Shown one piece after another: positions 1 to 10,670 of a stretch of 64,000 nucleotides of DNA; position 1 is the first letter of the stretch, and every line of letters begins with the position of its first letter. Made by a program: the position numbers and the translations under genes. Where the stretch lies: NCBI GenBank assembly GCA_951812785.1, contig OX638335.1:135630-199629 (forward strand), given 5' to 3'. Under the pieces are notes generated by a model. The model did no database searches and was not told the DNA's origin. It worked only from the letters and a program-made list of their open reading frames with translations. Source of the stretch: an uncultured Gammaproteobacteria bacterium. Lineage in GTDB: Bacteria > Pseudomonadota > Gammaproteobacteria > UBA4575.

Positions 1-484
1 GATATTCATGATAATGACTTATCTCTCTTTGAGCTTGATCCATACGAGCTTGAATCACCTCATCAGAATCTTGCCCCCTTGCGCGTAAGCGATTCTCCAA
101 TTCTTTCACTGAAGGCGGAAGAATAAATATCGTAGTCGCTTGTGGGTATATTTTTCGTGCTTGCTGGGCTCCTTGCCAGTCGATCTCTAGTACCACGCTG
201 TTACCTATATCCAACTGCCCGCTCACCGCCTGTTTTGAAGTTCCGTAAAAATTGTCAAAAACCCTAGCATGTTCTAGAAAGTCTCCGTTTTCTTCTATTT
301 TATCAAATTCTTGCTTAGGCACGAAATGATAGTGCTCCCCATTTACTTCTCCCGGTCGGGGATCCCGCGTGGTATGAGAAACAGCCACCTTTAAGTTTGC
401 CAACTCTGAGCGAATAACTTTGAGCAAGCTAGTTTTTCCTGCACCCGAAGGAGCTGAAACGATATACAAAGTCCCCTGGGGCAT
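1..484 (-). CDS. gmk: Guanylate kinase, 3' end cut by window edge; N-terminus '[20 protein letters not shown]' (P-loop)
   Basis: Reverse-strand translation of 1-484 gives a GMP kinase sequence: P-loop GAGKTSL, then ...[19 protein letters not shown]..., DWQGAQQ. Confidence 0.85.
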   Translation of the reverse strand, partial: MPQGTLYIVSAPSGAGKTSLLKVIRSELANLKVAVSHTTRDPRPGEVNGEHYHFVPKQEFDKIEENGDFLEHARVFDNFYGTSKQAVSGQLDIGNSVVLEIDWQGAQQARKIYPQATTIFILPPSVKELENRLRARGQDSDEVIQARMDQAQREISHYHEY

Positions 485-567
485 AATTTTATGATCTATC
501 TGAGTAAAACATCATTCAAACAAAAGGCCCTAACAATTGCCAGAACACAATAGCCCGCATTGATTAT

Positions 568-1748
568 CTGTAGTAGCTCAGACCTGATCGTACCGTTACC
601 GGTTATTGATAGGAGTCTGTCAGTTTAGATGTGAGCTAAATTCTTTTCAGCCCAAATCAATTTACCATCCATTAACCTGTCCATGGGTATTCTACCACCG
701 CCCATTTTGCCTTGATGAGTGCGTTCATTGTGATCAGTTTCTATCCAGTTGTCTTGATCTTGTTGTCAATCCTCCCTGGTTGAGTACCGTTTTTTCCTGA
801 AGGTAATTTGATAAAACTCATTCAGAATGGTTTTATCAAAGCGCTCACAGATGCCATGGGTTTGCGGTGATCAATGTCGTTAATGGCCAGGTATCACCGA
901 TCGTCATGATGCTCCACGCGCCCACAATATTCTGTGCCTCTGTCGGTTAAACTACGTAGCATCGGCAAGGCATGCTTTTCAAAAAACGGTAGCACCTCAT
1001 CAAAGAGTAGGTCTGCGGCGGTAATCGGCGTCTTAGTCGTGTAGAGTGCCGCAAAGGCGATCTTGCTGTAGGTGTCTACGAACGTTTGCTGGTATAGCCG
1101 ACCAACACCTTTGAGGTGGCCTAGGTAAAACGTATCCTGGCTGCCTAAATAACCAGGATGTGCCGTGTTAATCTCACCACAGGCCTCGTCATCCTGTTTC
1201 TGTTTCTCAAGGGCGGCGATCTGTGCATCGCTTAAGATAATGCCCTCCTTGGCAATTTCTTCTTTGAGTGCTTTGAGTCGTTTCTTGAAGTGCTCTTGAT
1301 GATGGCACAGCCAAACGCAACGCACACCGCTACCAGCGATAAACACACCAGTTCTTGCTGCTTCGATGTTGCCCAACGGCGGGCTGTTCAATCGCTGACG
1401 TAACCCCTGCATGTGCTGTGGGTTCATCCACACGGTTTTTAACATCGGCTGTTCTACGACTCTTGTCAATCCGTGAGTCAATGCCACCTTCTTCAACCCG
1501 CTGTTGATAACGATAGAATGTGTCTCGCGACACCCCCATGACTTGACAGGCGCTAGATACGTTGCCCAGTTCTTCTGCTAAGTTGGGCAAGCCCGCCTTG
1601 TGTTTAATGATTGGATTGTTAGTATGAAGCATGAGAGTTACCTGCCTTTTTGATTTAAAGATTTCAACACCTTTATCAAAACGGGTAACTCTCGCTTTTG
1701 CAACCCTTGTGGATTGCTAATTGTCAGATCGGGTCTGAACTATTACAG
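568..1748 (-). mobile_element. IS481-family insertion sequence, copy 1 (degenerate)
   Basis: Imperfect terminal inverted repeats CTGTAGTAGCTCAGACC / GGGTCTGAACTATTACAG. The interior encodes a transposase with an N-terminal HTH and a DDE core (HPGYLGSQDTFYLG...GVGRLYQQTFVDTYSK...DRGTEYCG; C-terminus ...LNEFYQITFRKK...HNERTHQG). The same element recurs at 56784-57932. No matching target-site duplication was found for this copy. Confidence 0.8.
590..1632 (-). pseudogene. IS481-family transposase split into three or more reading frames
   Basis: ORFs 1330-1632 (HTH N-terminus) and 894-1496 (DDE core, ending ...RVEHHDDR*) are in different frames. The C-terminal 'LNEFYQITFRKK..HNERTHQGKMGG' block lies in a further frame at 590-890. 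Confidence 0.75.
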
Positions 1749-2016
1749 ATAACATGATTATGTACATGGCGGTTCTGACCTGGTGACGTCCTCCTCGAAT
1801 GCTTCGCTTGCCTTGATACTGCCCACTGTCTTTGCCAATGAGGGCGGCGGCTTGCTTGTTATTCATCTGCCCCAATTCTGGTAAATGACTGATCAAGGTG
1901 GTGGTCACGACTTTCCCCACCCCTGGCACACTCTGGAGTTGTTGATCCACTTTCTCGATTTGTTTCTTGAGTGCAGTGAGGATCGGTTTAATCAATCCTT
2001 GCGTATGCTTAGGCAT
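1717..2016 (-). pseudogene. IS110-family transposase, C-terminal ~99 aa fragment only
   Basis: '...LQSVPGVGKVVTTTLISHLPELGQMNNKQAAALIG...' matches the C-terminal domain typical of IS110/IS116/IS902 transposases. The N-terminal ~250 aa are absent, and the IS481 end abuts or overlaps the fragment. Confidence 0.6.
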
Positions 2017-2213
2017 GATCTGTATAAGAAAGCATGAAGATCACTCATGCCTAGGCCTCACTTTACCCGATTGCAAACAAACAAGGTCGTTTACATCAAT
2101 TATTATCCATACAAATTGCTTAGGAATAAGCATCTTAAATTCATCACACAGTTGATTTACTTTTTACTGACTATTGCCTAGATTTATCATAGCGGGCAGT
2201 ATTTATTTTCTAA

Positions 2214-2684
2214 ACCACTATCGGTGATACGCCATATAAGGCAACTGACAAACAAAAATTAGGTGAATTTGGAGAAAATGTAGTTGTAAAACGCTGTCCT
2301 TGCCCGAAGTGTAAGAGAGAAAAAACTCTTAAGAGGATTCCTCTTAACTTTAAGAGTGCAGATTTGGTTTGCGATTTTTGTGGCTTTCTCGCTCAGGTAA
2401 AAGCAAGTCTGTCAAAAGATATTGCCACTTTACCTAAGCAGGTTTTAGGTGCAGCTTGGGGACCTCAAAAGGAGAGAATGAATGCAGCTATTTATTTTCC
2501 CTTATACCTAGTCCTTAAAGCGGAAAAGGAATTAGCTATTTACTATTTGTCTGCCGACTTACAGTATCCAGAATTATTCGTAGCTCGTAAGCCGCTTTCG
2601 TCTAATGCCCGTCGTGCTGGCTGGCAAGGTTTCTACTATGACTTATCAGTTCTGCCCAGTGGCGCAATGGTAAGGTTGGTGTAA
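2214..2684 (+). CDS. Hypothetical Cys4 zinc-ribbon protein with a possible PD-(D/E)xK-like motif; no canonical start codon
   Basis: The frame is open from the stop at 2211. It encodes '..KQKLGEFGENVVVKRCPCPKCKRE...ADLVCDFCGFLAQVKA...'. There is no in-frame ATG/GTG upstream of the TTG at 2364, so the gene may be 5'-truncated together with the neighbouring IS110 relic. Confidence 0.3.
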   Translation, partial: TTIGDTPYKATDKQKLGEFGENVVVKRCPCPKCKREKTLKRIPLNFKSADLVCDFCGFLAQVKASLSKDIATLPKQVLGAAWGPQKERMNAAIYFPLYLVLKAEKELAIYYLSADLQYPELFVARKPLSSNARRAGWQGFYYDLSVLPSGAMVRLV

Positions 2685-2991
2685 ATGCAAGCTCGAATAA
2701 AAGGGTCAGAGTCCTTTAAGGGTTGAATGAATCGAAGCGGGCCTTGAACTATAGAGAATATAACTCGATTCAAGATTGGATAATAACAAAAAATGGCGAC
2801 TCACATTGAGGAAGGGCTGCAAGAGCAAAGGGCGATTAATAGTGAGCTTCTTTGTGTTTGCGACGCATGTCGAACACCTTTTATCGCTAGTTGCTTAAAT
2901 TATACCAAGCAATAAAAAGTGAGTTGTGTGCAATGCGGTGCAGTCAAAACACTTATAGTGCATGTGCGTTCTGGTACAGAGTAACTATAGA

Positions 2992-4506
2992 TCAACTTTT
3001 TAATAAACGATCAAACTGCCGATAAGAAAGCGCTTCGGTTAAATGTTGTTTGTTGACAGTCGTCGATTGTTCTAAATCAGCAATAGTACGTGCAACTTTT
3101 AATATGCGGTGAAATGCGCGTGCACTAATATTTAGTTTATCTAACATGTTTATAAATTTGGTTTGAGTCTCTTTAGATAAACTGCATATTTTTTGTAGCT
3201 CATTTCCAGCTAACAAACCATTTAATTTTTGTTGTCGCTTTATTTGAATGTTACGCGCAGTATTAATGCGTGTTTGTATTTGTTGCCAATTTTCTTTTTG
3301 GCTCTCTTCTTTGTTAAATAGTAAATGGCTGGGTAGTTTGGGAACATTTACCTGTAAGTCAATCCTGTCTAACAAAGGGGCTGAGATTTTATTGTGATAA
3401 CGTCGTAATTGTTCGCTAGAACATTCACATTGTCCATATTCATCAATATCACAGCCTTGCGAACAGGGATTCATCGCGGCGATTAACTGAAAGTGTGCAG
3501 GGAACTCTATTTGTGCGGCGGCGCGTGAAATAGTGATGACACCTGTTTCAATTGGTTCTCGTAGAATTTCTAACGCGCTACGATTGAATTCTGTAAATTC
3601 ATCTAAAAATAAAACGCCATTATGCGCTAAGGATATTTCACCTGGCTTAGGGTTAGAACCGCCACCCGCGAGCCCCATGACTGAAACGGTATGATGCGGA
3701 GCACGAAATGGTCGCGACTGAGGGTGGCGCTGTTGTCCGCTGACGTTGGCGATAGAATAGACACTGCATGTTTCTAGCATTTCAGAGTCATTCAGTGGAG
3801 ACAATAAAGAAGGGAAGCGACTCGCAAGCATGGATTTTCCTGAACCAGGGGAGCCAATCATAAGCACATGGTGCTGCCCGGCAGCTGCTATGCATAAAGC
3901 CCTTTTGGCGTGTTGCTGTCCATAGACATCGGACATTAATGGCGGCGTTAAATCTCTCTGTTCAACGTGTACAACAGGATCAGTCACCAATTTTTTAATA
4001 TTATTTAAATGCGCGCACACATCTAATAAGTGTGATGCGTAAAAGTAACTGTGGTGACTAATTGGAATCAGTTCTTTTTTATTTTCAGAAGAAGTGATTA
4101 ATTTGCTACCGATACATTGACAAGCATGTGCGGCAGGTAAAATACCTATCGTTTTACGTAGTTCACCGCTAAGACTTAATTCACCAAGAAATTCGTAACC
4201 ATGTGTTACATTTTCATTGAGCTGTTTAGAGGCAACAAGTAAGCCAAGTGCAATCGGTAAATCAAATCGACCTCCTTGCTTTGGCAATTCTGCAGGCGCT
4301 AAATTAACGATGATGCGGCGTGCGGGAAATTCGAAGTTAGAATTGATAATGGCAGCACGCACTCTGTCTTTGCTTTCACGCACGGCTGTTTCGGGAAGTC
4401 CAACAATTGAGAAGTTAGGTAAGCCGTTAGACAAATGGACTTCGACAGACACCAGTGGCGCATCCATACCAGTTTGCGCACGACTATATACCGTCGCAAT
4501 TGACAT
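2992..4506 (-). CDS. comM: Mg-chelatase-like AAA+ ATPase YifB/ComM
   Basis: 504-509 aa. N-terminal Lon-protease-like domain, Walker A 'GSPGSGKS', Walker B 'VLFLDEF', C-terminal ComM region. The start is probably the second Met (MSIATVYSR). Confidence 0.85.
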   Translation of the reverse strand: MSIATVYSRAQTGMDAPLVSVEVHLSNGLPNFSIVGLPETAVRESKDRVRAAIINSNFEFPARRIIVNLAPAELPKQGGRFDLPIALGLLVASKQLNENVTHGYEFLGELSLSGELRKTIGILPAAHACQCIGSKLITSSENKKELIPISHHSYFYASHLLDVCAHLNNIKKLVTDPVVHVEQRDLTPPLMSDVYGQQHAKRALCIAAAGQHHVLMIGSPGSGKSMLASRFPSLLSPLNDSEMLETCSVYSIANVSGQQRHPQSRPFRAPHHTVSVMGLAGGGSNPKPGEISLAHNGVLFLDEFTEFNRSALEILREPIETGVITISRAAAQIEFPAHFQLIAAMNPCSQGCDIDEYGQCECSSEQLRRYHNKISAPLLDRIDLQVNVPKLPSHLLFNKEESQKENWQQIQTRINTARNIQIKRQQKLNGLLAGNELQKICSLSKETQTKFINMLDKLNISARAFHRILKVARTIADLEQSTTVNKQHLTEALSYRQFDRLLKS

Positions 4507-4596
4507 ATTTCTCCTAATCATTCTGTGGCGAGTTAGATGTAATTAACGAGCGCTAATTACATGCACCGTGAGGTCTAAGGAAAAATAGTACGAGGT

Positions 4597-4839
4597 TTAG
4601 TCTTTTTCTAATAGGGCGATGCGTTGTTCTAGTCGCTCTAAGCGTTGGCGTGTGCGCTGAAGGACTTCTGTTTGTACGTCGTACTCTTCTCTGGAGACCA
4701 TATCTAGCTTTTGCAACATGCCCTCCAATACCAATTTGAGCTTTTCCTCACCGGTATTTTTAAAGTCACTCATATCACTTGGAAGAAGGTCTTTTAACTT
4801 GGCGATGGTTTCATCGATATATTTTGGATTTATTTTCAT
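4597..4839 (-). CDS. ubiK: Ubiquinone biosynthesis accessory factor UbiK (YqiC family), 80 aa coiled coil
   Basis: 80-aa coiled-coil protein 'MKINPKYIDETIAKLKDLLP...LERLEQRIALLE', typical of UbiK/YqiC. Confidence 0.65.
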   Translation of the reverse strand: MKINPKYIDETIAKLKDLLPSDMSDFKNTGEEKLKLVLEGMLQKLDMVSREEYDVQTEVLQRTRQRLERLEQRIALLEKD

Positions 4840-5072
4840 GGTTCCAAATTAGTAGAAAATAAAGCTTAAGTCTAGGAAGAAGTAAGTTAACTATGGATAG
4901 CACTAAATTAGTGCATGTATGCATTAAGGTGATGCTTCTTGCTTTCTAAAGCAATATATTAATTGACTAAAATTTATTAACTTATTGATAAGTATATATA
5001 TTTTAATGGCACGGGATATGCATTCCTCTCTGAAGTAAATTTATAGAAAAATTTTTAACGGAGAAATACCCA

Positions 5073-5771
5073 ATGAATAAAAAAATTACTGGTTTATTAG
5101 GAAGTATGACACTTGCATCATCAATGCTAGTCGCTCCAGTAACTTCTACTGCTGATGACGCCATTGTGACAGGAAATGCCGGCATTTTATCTGATTACAT
5201 CTTTCGCGGCATATTCCAAGACTCTGGTGTTGGTAATGGTGGTCTAGATATTGAATACGCAGGATTTTATGCAGGCACATGGATAGCTGATGTCGGTGCG
5301 GGAACAGAATATGACTTATATGCGGGCTACGTGTACGAATTTGAAAGTGGATTTTATTTAGGTGCTGGATATACAAGCTATCAATATTCTGATGACTTTG
5401 ATAATGAATATAACGAAGTGAATTTATATGCAGGTACAACATTTGGTGACGTAAGTCTTGATCTTGAATTCACCATTGGTGATTACAATGGTGAATTTAA
5501 TGATGATAACGGAAACATTGAAGGTGATGAGTATGACTTTATGGCCGCAACCATAGGTTATAACGACGCTTACTTAACGTATGGTGACTTTGGTGATGAT
5601 GCAGATGACGCATTAGGTAGCTACTGTGAATTGGGTTACACCATGGAGTTAGGTGGTCTTGAATTAACCGGAGCAGTTGTTCATACCATGGATTCACAAA
5701 TTATCAATAACGATAACAACAATGAAACAGAAGCTTATGTATCTATAAGCTGGGGATTTGATGTTATTTAA
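5073..5771 (+). CDS. Secreted beta-barrel protein (TorF/Gcw_chp-like putative porin)
   Basis: Has a signal peptide. The mature part is rich in G/Y/D with alternating aromatic beta-strands and ends '...SISWGFDVI'. It lies immediately upstream of glnK-amtB. Confidence 0.45.
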   Translation: MNKKITGLLGSMTLASSMLVAPVTSTADDAIVTGNAGILSDYIFRGIFQDSGVGNGGLDIEYAGFYAGTWIADVGAGTEYDLYAGYVYEFESGFYLGAGYTSYQYSDDFDNEYNEVNLYAGTTFGDVSLDLEFTIGDYNGEFNDDNGNIEGDEYDFMAATIGYNDAYLTYGDFGDDADDALGSYCELGYTMELGGLELTGAVVHTMDSQIINNDNNNETEAYVSISWGFDVI

Positions 5772-5945
5772 TTAGAGATACATCCTCAAAGTAATCGTGG
5801 TTGAGGTCTGTTTCTGAACCTCAACCATATGCGGGGAAGTTTTTAGTAAGAGCGCAGATTTTCATTGATTTAAAAATTTCAACCCTAAAAACTTTGAGAC
5901 AGAAATTGCATCTCTAAATAATGGAGAACGAGAAGGAGATAGATG

Positions 5946-6284
5946 ATGAAACTAATAACGGCAATAATTAAACCATTTAAATTGGATGATGTAAGAGAAG
6001 CATTATCTGAAATAGGGGTGACAGGAATTACAGCAACAGAAGTGAAAGGTTCTGGTAGGCAAAAAGGGCACACAGAGCTTTATCGTGGTGCGGAATATGT
6101 CGTCGATTTTTTGCCAAAGATCAAATTAGAAATCGCCATTGATGATGGTTTGCTTCAATCAGCATTAGACGAAATTACTAAAGCGGCAAACACTGGAAAA
6201 ATTGGTGATGGTAAAATATTTGTATCAGAGCTGTCAGAAATTATTCGAATTAGAACGGGTGAATCTGGTGCAGCAGCACTATAA
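5946..6284 (+). CDS. glnK: Nitrogen regulatory protein P-II
   Basis: '[20 protein letters not shown]...TGEVGDGKIFV'. It is adjacent to and co-directional with amtB. Confidence 0.9.
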   Translation: MKLITAIIKPFKLDDVREALSEIGVTGITATEVKGSGRQKGHTELYRGAEYVVDFLPKIKLEIAIDDGLLQSALDEITKAANTGKIGDGKIFVSELSEIIRIRTGESGAAAL

Positions 6285-6314
6285 AAATAACACCTATTGA
6301 ATTAGGAGGAAATT

Positions 6315-7562
6315 GTGGAAAATCAAGTAATAGAATTAGCCTACGCACTGGACACGTTTTATTTTCTAGTGATGGGTGCATTTGTAATGTGGATGGCAGC
6401 GGGTTTTGCCATGTTAGAAGCAGGGCTGGTACGCTCTAAAAGTACAGTCGAAATTTTAACGAAAAATATAGCGTTGTATTCAATTGCATGCGTGATGTAC
6501 ATGTTAATGGGTTACAACATTATGTACAGCGGTACAGATAGTACATGGTGGCCATTTGCCTTGGATATTTTAGGAAACACAGATAATTCAGCCGCAGATG
6601 TGATTGCGAGTGGTGGTGATACATATTATTCCGGTCTGTCTGACTTTTTCTTCCAAGTGGTATTCGTAGCAACGGCAATGTCGATTGTTTCAGGTGCAGT
6701 TGCTGAACGTATGAAGTTATGGTCATTCTTGTTGTTTGCTATCGTGATGTGTGGCTTTATTTATCCAGTTCAAGGTTTCTGGAAATGGGGCGGCGGTTTC
6801 TTAGATGCAGCAGGTTTCTTAGATTTTGCAGGATCAGGTGTTGTTCATTTGTGTGGCGCAACAGCAGCACTGGCTGGTGTCATTCTGCTTGGCGCGCGTA
6901 AAGGGCGTTACAGTAAAGATGGTAAAGCAATTGCGATGCCTGGTGCTAATATGCCTCTAGCAACATTAGGCACATTTATTCTTTGGCTGGGCTGGTTTGG
7001 ATTTAATGGTGGGTCTGAGTTGATCGTATCGAATGTTGCTGAGGCGAATGCCGTCGCGCTGATATTTGTTAATACCAATGCAGCCGCAGCGGGCGGGGTT
7101 ATTGCAGCGTTACTAACAGCGAAACTCATGTTTGGTAAAGCAGATCTTTCTATGACTTTAAACGGTGCACTTGCTGGATTAGTATCAATTACGGCAGAGC
7201 CACTAACACCAACGCCATTGCTCGCAACGATTATAGGCGCGATTGGTGGAGTCATTGTAGTATTCAGTATTGTTACCTTGGATAAATTCAAGTTAGATGA
7301 TCCTGTGGGAGCTATCTCGGTACACGGTGTTGCCGGTTTGTGGGGATTAATCGCAGTAGTGTTCTCAAACCCTGATGCCACGATAGGTGCTCAACTCTAT
7401 GGGGCAGTAGTCATCTTCGCCTGGACATTCATCGTTGCAATGATTGCATGGTTCCTTATCAAGCTAGTCATCGGAATTCGAGTCAGCGAAGAAGATGAGA
7501 TGGAAGGTGTTGATATCGCAGAGTGCGGTATGGAAGCGTATCCAGAGTTTGTTAATAAATAG
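6315..7562 (+). CDS. amtB: Ammonium transporter (Amt family)
   Basis: 415 aa polytopic membrane protein with Amt signatures ('DFAGSGVVH', 'GWFGFNGGS'). Confidence 0.9.
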   Translation: MENQVIELAYALDTFYFLVMGAFVMWMAAGFAMLEAGLVRSKSTVEILTKNIALYSIACVMYMLMGYNIMYSGTDSTWWPFALDILGNTDNSAADVIASGGDTYYSGLSDFFFQVVFVATAMSIVSGAVAERMKLWSFLLFAIVMCGFIYPVQGFWKWGGGFLDAAGFLDFAGSGVVHLCGATAALAGVILLGARKGRYSKDGKAIAMPGANMPLATLGTFILWLGWFGFNGGSELIVSNVAEANAVALIFVNTNAAAAGGVIAALLTAKLMFGKADLSMTLNGALAGLVSITAEPLTPTPLLATIIGAIGGVIVVFSIVTLDKFKLDDPVGAISVHGVAGLWGLIAVVFSNPDATIGAQLYGAVVIFAWTFIVAMIAWFLIKLVIGIRVSEEDEMEGVDIAECGMEAYPEFVNK

Positions 7563-7594
7563 TAATACTCCTGGTATTTAAGTGTGCCAACCTT

Positions 7595-7629
7595 GAGCGC
7601 TCTTTGCTAACGCAGAGGGCGCTTTTTTT
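7595..7629. terminator. Rho-independent, probably bidirectional terminator between amtB and speE
   Basis: GC hairpin 'gagcgctctttgctaacgcagagggcgc' followed by a T7 run. Confidence 0.5.
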
Positions 7630-8479
7630 ATGCCTTCAAAAAATTCGGCATGGCAAATGCGGATAAATGAATATCATAATTATAGTATTTGGTATCAAAC
7701 GTTAATTGCTTGGCATCGCTATCACGGATTAAGTGAATATCATTCTTTGCCGCCATCGTGGCTGACCACCAACCAGTGGGGTAAACTGGTTGAGGAAAGA
7801 ATAATGTTTTAGTTTGATTGAATCCTGCGGCTTGCATTTCGTTATGCATAGGTTTGGTAATGGATTCCCAGTGCGCTAATGGTGACTCACTTTGTTGAAT
7901 AACTAAGCCATTTTCAGATAGAGCAGACCAACAATGCTGGTAAAATTGTTTCTGAAATAAGCCTTCAGCAGGACCTATTGGGTCAGTGCTGTCGACAATT
8001 ATAATGTCGATGCTGTTTTTAGCGGCATGTCTCATCCAATCGATCCCATCGCTAAATACAAATTTGACGCGAGGGTCGTTATTAGATGTGCATAATTCAG
8101 GGAAATACTGTTCGGAGAGACGAGTGACATGCTCATCAATTTCAATCTGAGTGATTTTTTCGACCCAATTATGCTGGGCCACTTGTTGAAGTGTGCCACA
8201 ATCACCCCCGCCGACAATCGCGATATGCTTGGGATGCGCATGGCTAAAAAGTGCAGGATGGCTCATCATTTCGTGATACAAGAAGTTGTCACGAGTCGTG
8301 AGCATAATAAATCCATCAAGCACCATTAAATTGCCAAACGTTTTAGTCTTGTATATTTCTATGTTTTGATAAGCTGTCTTTTCTTGGTGAAGCAAGGTGG
8401 AAGTGGCAAGTGAGAATGCAGTACCAATATCAGTAGCATGTTCTGTGAACCAAGAGGAATGTGTATTTTGTGTTTCCAT
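7628..8479 (-). CDS. speE: Spermidine synthase (aminopropyltransferase)
   Basis: '...IAIVGGGDCGTLQQV...IDIIIVDSTDPIGPAEGLF...' matches the SpeE family. It is divergent from speA. Confidence 0.8.
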   Translation of the reverse strand: METQNTHSSWFTEHATDIGTAFSLATSTLLHQEKTAYQNIEIYKTKTFGNLMVLDGFIMLTTRDNFLYHEMMSHPALFSHAHPKHIAIVGGGDCGTLQQVAQHNWVEKITQIEIDEHVTRLSEQYFPELCTSNNDPRVKFVFSDGIDWMRHAAKNSIDIIIVDSTDPIGPAEGLFQKQFYQHCWSALSENGLVIQQSESPLAHWESITKPMHNEMQAAGFNQTKTLFFPQPVYPTGWWSATMAAKNDIHLIRDSDAKQLTFDTKYYNYDIHLSAFAMPNFLKA

Positions 8480-8525
8480 AAAAATTTTCAATAGTGGTAA
8501 ATAACTTAAGTGTATTAATAGAAAT

Positions 8526-10415
8526 ATGGCTAATTCGAATGACCCAGTTTGGACGTTAAAACGAGCACAGGAATTCTACAATATTTCAGTCTGGGGTGAA
8601 GGCTATTTTGAAGTGAATGATCAAGGGCATGTTGTCGCAAAATTAGATAAACATACTGATATTGATTTGATTCAAGTGAGCAAAGAAATATGTGCGCGCG
8701 AATTATCATTGCCAGTGCTCATTAGATTCCCACAAATCTTGCAAGCGCGTGTAAAAGAGTTGGATGCTGCATTTACATGTGCAGCGAAGAAATATAACTG
8801 TAGGTTAAATCATATCCCTTATTATCCGATTAAAGTTAATCAGCAGCGTACAGTCATTGAAAAAATTTTGGCCAGTGATGTTAAAGACATAGGTTTAGAA
8901 GTTGGGAGTAAAACAGAACTACTAGTTGCTTTGGGCCTGCTAGATATTCATCAAGGAAGACTGATATGCAATGGATACAAAGATCGAGCTTATATTAGTA
9001 TTGCTATATATGCGCAGTTGATGGGAATAGATGTATTTATTGTTGTCGAGAATTTGTCAGAGTTAGCAATTATCAAACAAGAAAGTCTGGCATTGAATGT
9101 GTCGCCTAAGTTAGGTATGCGTGTTCGCATGAATAGTGTTGCGAGTGGCAATTGGCAAAATTCAGGGGGAAGAGATGCAAAGTTTGGTTTGGATTCTAAG
9201 GATATTCTTTTATGTTTAAGTCAGTTGAAACAGTGGGGTTGTAATGACTGGTTGCATTTAGTGCACTTTCATATGGGTTCTCAAATTTCAAACCTTGAAG
9301 AGTTTAAATTGGGTTTAAGTGAAGCAATGCAGGTATATGCACAAGTTATTTCACGTGGATTTAAGCTGAGTTGTATTGATGTGGGTGGGGGGCTTGCCGT
9401 TGATTATGTGGGTATGAATGACACTGGATATTTCTCAAGAGCTTACTCAATACAGGATTATGCAGATATTGTAGTCAATACAATTAATCACTTTTGTGAA
9501 AATGCAAAATTGCCTCTACCGACTGTCATTACTGAAAACGGTCGAGCAGTAACAGCTCATCACGCCATGTTGATCACTAACGTACTTGAAGTGGAGAGTC
9601 ATAATCACTTGGACCAGCCAATGATTAGTAGTAGCGAGGGTGATCCGGCTTTACATGAGTTGGGGAATAAGTTCGTTCGTGCGATGAATGAAAATAAAAT
9701 TATTGAGCTTCAACAGATAGATGCTTTTGAATTGTTAATCAATGATAAATTTCTTAATGGTGAGATTGATTTAGAGCAACGTGCATGGGCAGAGGCTATT
9801 TTGCGGCGATGTAGCACTACGTCCCATGACGAGGGGGATATTTCATGCGGTATTGATAAGTACTATTGTAATTTTTCCATTTTTCAATCAATGCCTGATG
9901 TGTGGGGTTTGGGTCAAATTTTTCCTATCGTGCCATTGACGAAATTAAATCAAACACCTTCAACGAAAACACGTCTACACGACTTAACCTGTGATTCTGA
10001 TGGGCAAATAGCGCAATATGCTGTGGATGGAGAATTAAAAGATCATTTACTATTACATGATTTGCATGATGATTGTCAGGGATATCTACTTGGGATGTTT
10101 CTTTTAGGGGCGTATCAGGAAGTGTTAGGCGATATACATAATCTATTTGGCGATACTCATGCATTAAATGTTGAGCAGGATGAGCAAGGCGAATTAAAAT
10201 TCACCGAACTAGAGATAGGGGATTGTGTTAATGAGATGCTCAGTAATATACACCTCAAAGGACAGTTAATTATTGATCGTTGCCAGCAACGTATTGGTCA
10301 GATGGGAATCAGTAGCGTACTGACTAATGGGATGATAGATGAGATAAAAAATGCGTTGTTTGGGTATACTTACCTAGATTCCATTGATCGACCAGCACAT
10401 AGAATAAAAAGGTAA
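8526..10415 (+). CDS. speA: Biosynthetic arginine decarboxylase
   Basis: 629 aa Orn/Lys/Arg decarboxylase class IV with a typical SpeA N-terminus and PLP-binding region. Confidence 0.9.
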   Translation: MANSNDPVWTLKRAQEFYNISVWGEGYFEVNDQGHVVAKLDKHTDIDLIQVSKEICARELSLPVLIRFPQILQARVKELDAAFTCAAKKYNCRLNHIPYYPIKVNQQRTVIEKILASDVKDIGLEVGSKTELLVALGLLDIHQGRLICNGYKDRAYISIAIYAQLMGIDVFIVVENLSELAIIKQESLALNVSPKLGMRVRMNSVASGNWQNSGGRDAKFGLDSKDILLCLSQLKQWGCNDWLHLVHFHMGSQISNLEEFKLGLSEAMQVYAQVISRGFKLSCIDVGGGLAVDYVGMNDTGYFSRAYSIQDYADIVVNTINHFCENAKLPLPTVITENGRAVTAHHAMLITNVLEVESHNHLDQPMISSSEGDPALHELGNKFVRAMNENKIIELQQIDAFELLINDKFLNGEIDLEQRAWAEAILRRCSTTSHDEGDISCGIDKYYCNFSIFQSMPDVWGLGQIFPIVPLTKLNQTPSTKTRLHDLTCDSDGQIAQYAVDGELKDHLLLHDLHDDCQGYLLGMFLLGAYQEVLGDIHNLFGDTHALNVEQDEQGELKFTELEIGDCVNEMLSNIHLKGQLIIDRCQQRIGQMGISSVLTNGMIDEIKNALFGYTYLDSIDRPAHRIKR

Positions 10416-10419
10416 AAAC

Positions 10420-10668
10420 ATGCTTGAACTGGGTTTGTTTTGGATAGGCATCGTGCTTATTGCCACAGCAATTTTTATGCTGTTTTTAGACTCGTTTCAA
10501 TCAAAGAGAATATGGGCTGTTATTAGTTTAATTCTGATAGTACCGTTATTCGTTTATATAATATTTAACTGGTCATTGTTAAATATTCGAAAATTCTTAT
10601 ACTTTCTTAAGAGAGTCGTACAAATAGTGGATGACACTCAGCTATCAGGTAACATTAATAGGCAGTAG
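10420..10668 (+). CDS. Small two-TM membrane protein, hypothetical
   Basis: 82 aa with two hydrophobic helices. It is tightly spaced after speA. Confidence 0.35.
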   Translation: MLELGLFWIGIVLIATAIFMLFLDSFQSKRIWAVISLILIVPLFVYIIFNWSLLNIRKFLYFLKRVVQIVDDTQLSGNINRQ

Positions 10669-10670
10669 TC

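Noticed and set aside
5850-5942. Sigma54 (-24/-12) promoter upstream of glnK
   Set aside because: The best candidate, 'TGAGACagaaaTTGCAT', lacks the invariant GG of the -24 element. It is too weak to call without a matrix scan.
6908-7381. Antisense ORFs inside amtB (6908-7381), degQ (38769-39254) and the asmA-family gene (40791-41432)
   Set aside because: They lie entirely within strongly supported genes on the opposite strand and have low-complexity translations, so they are shadow ORFs.
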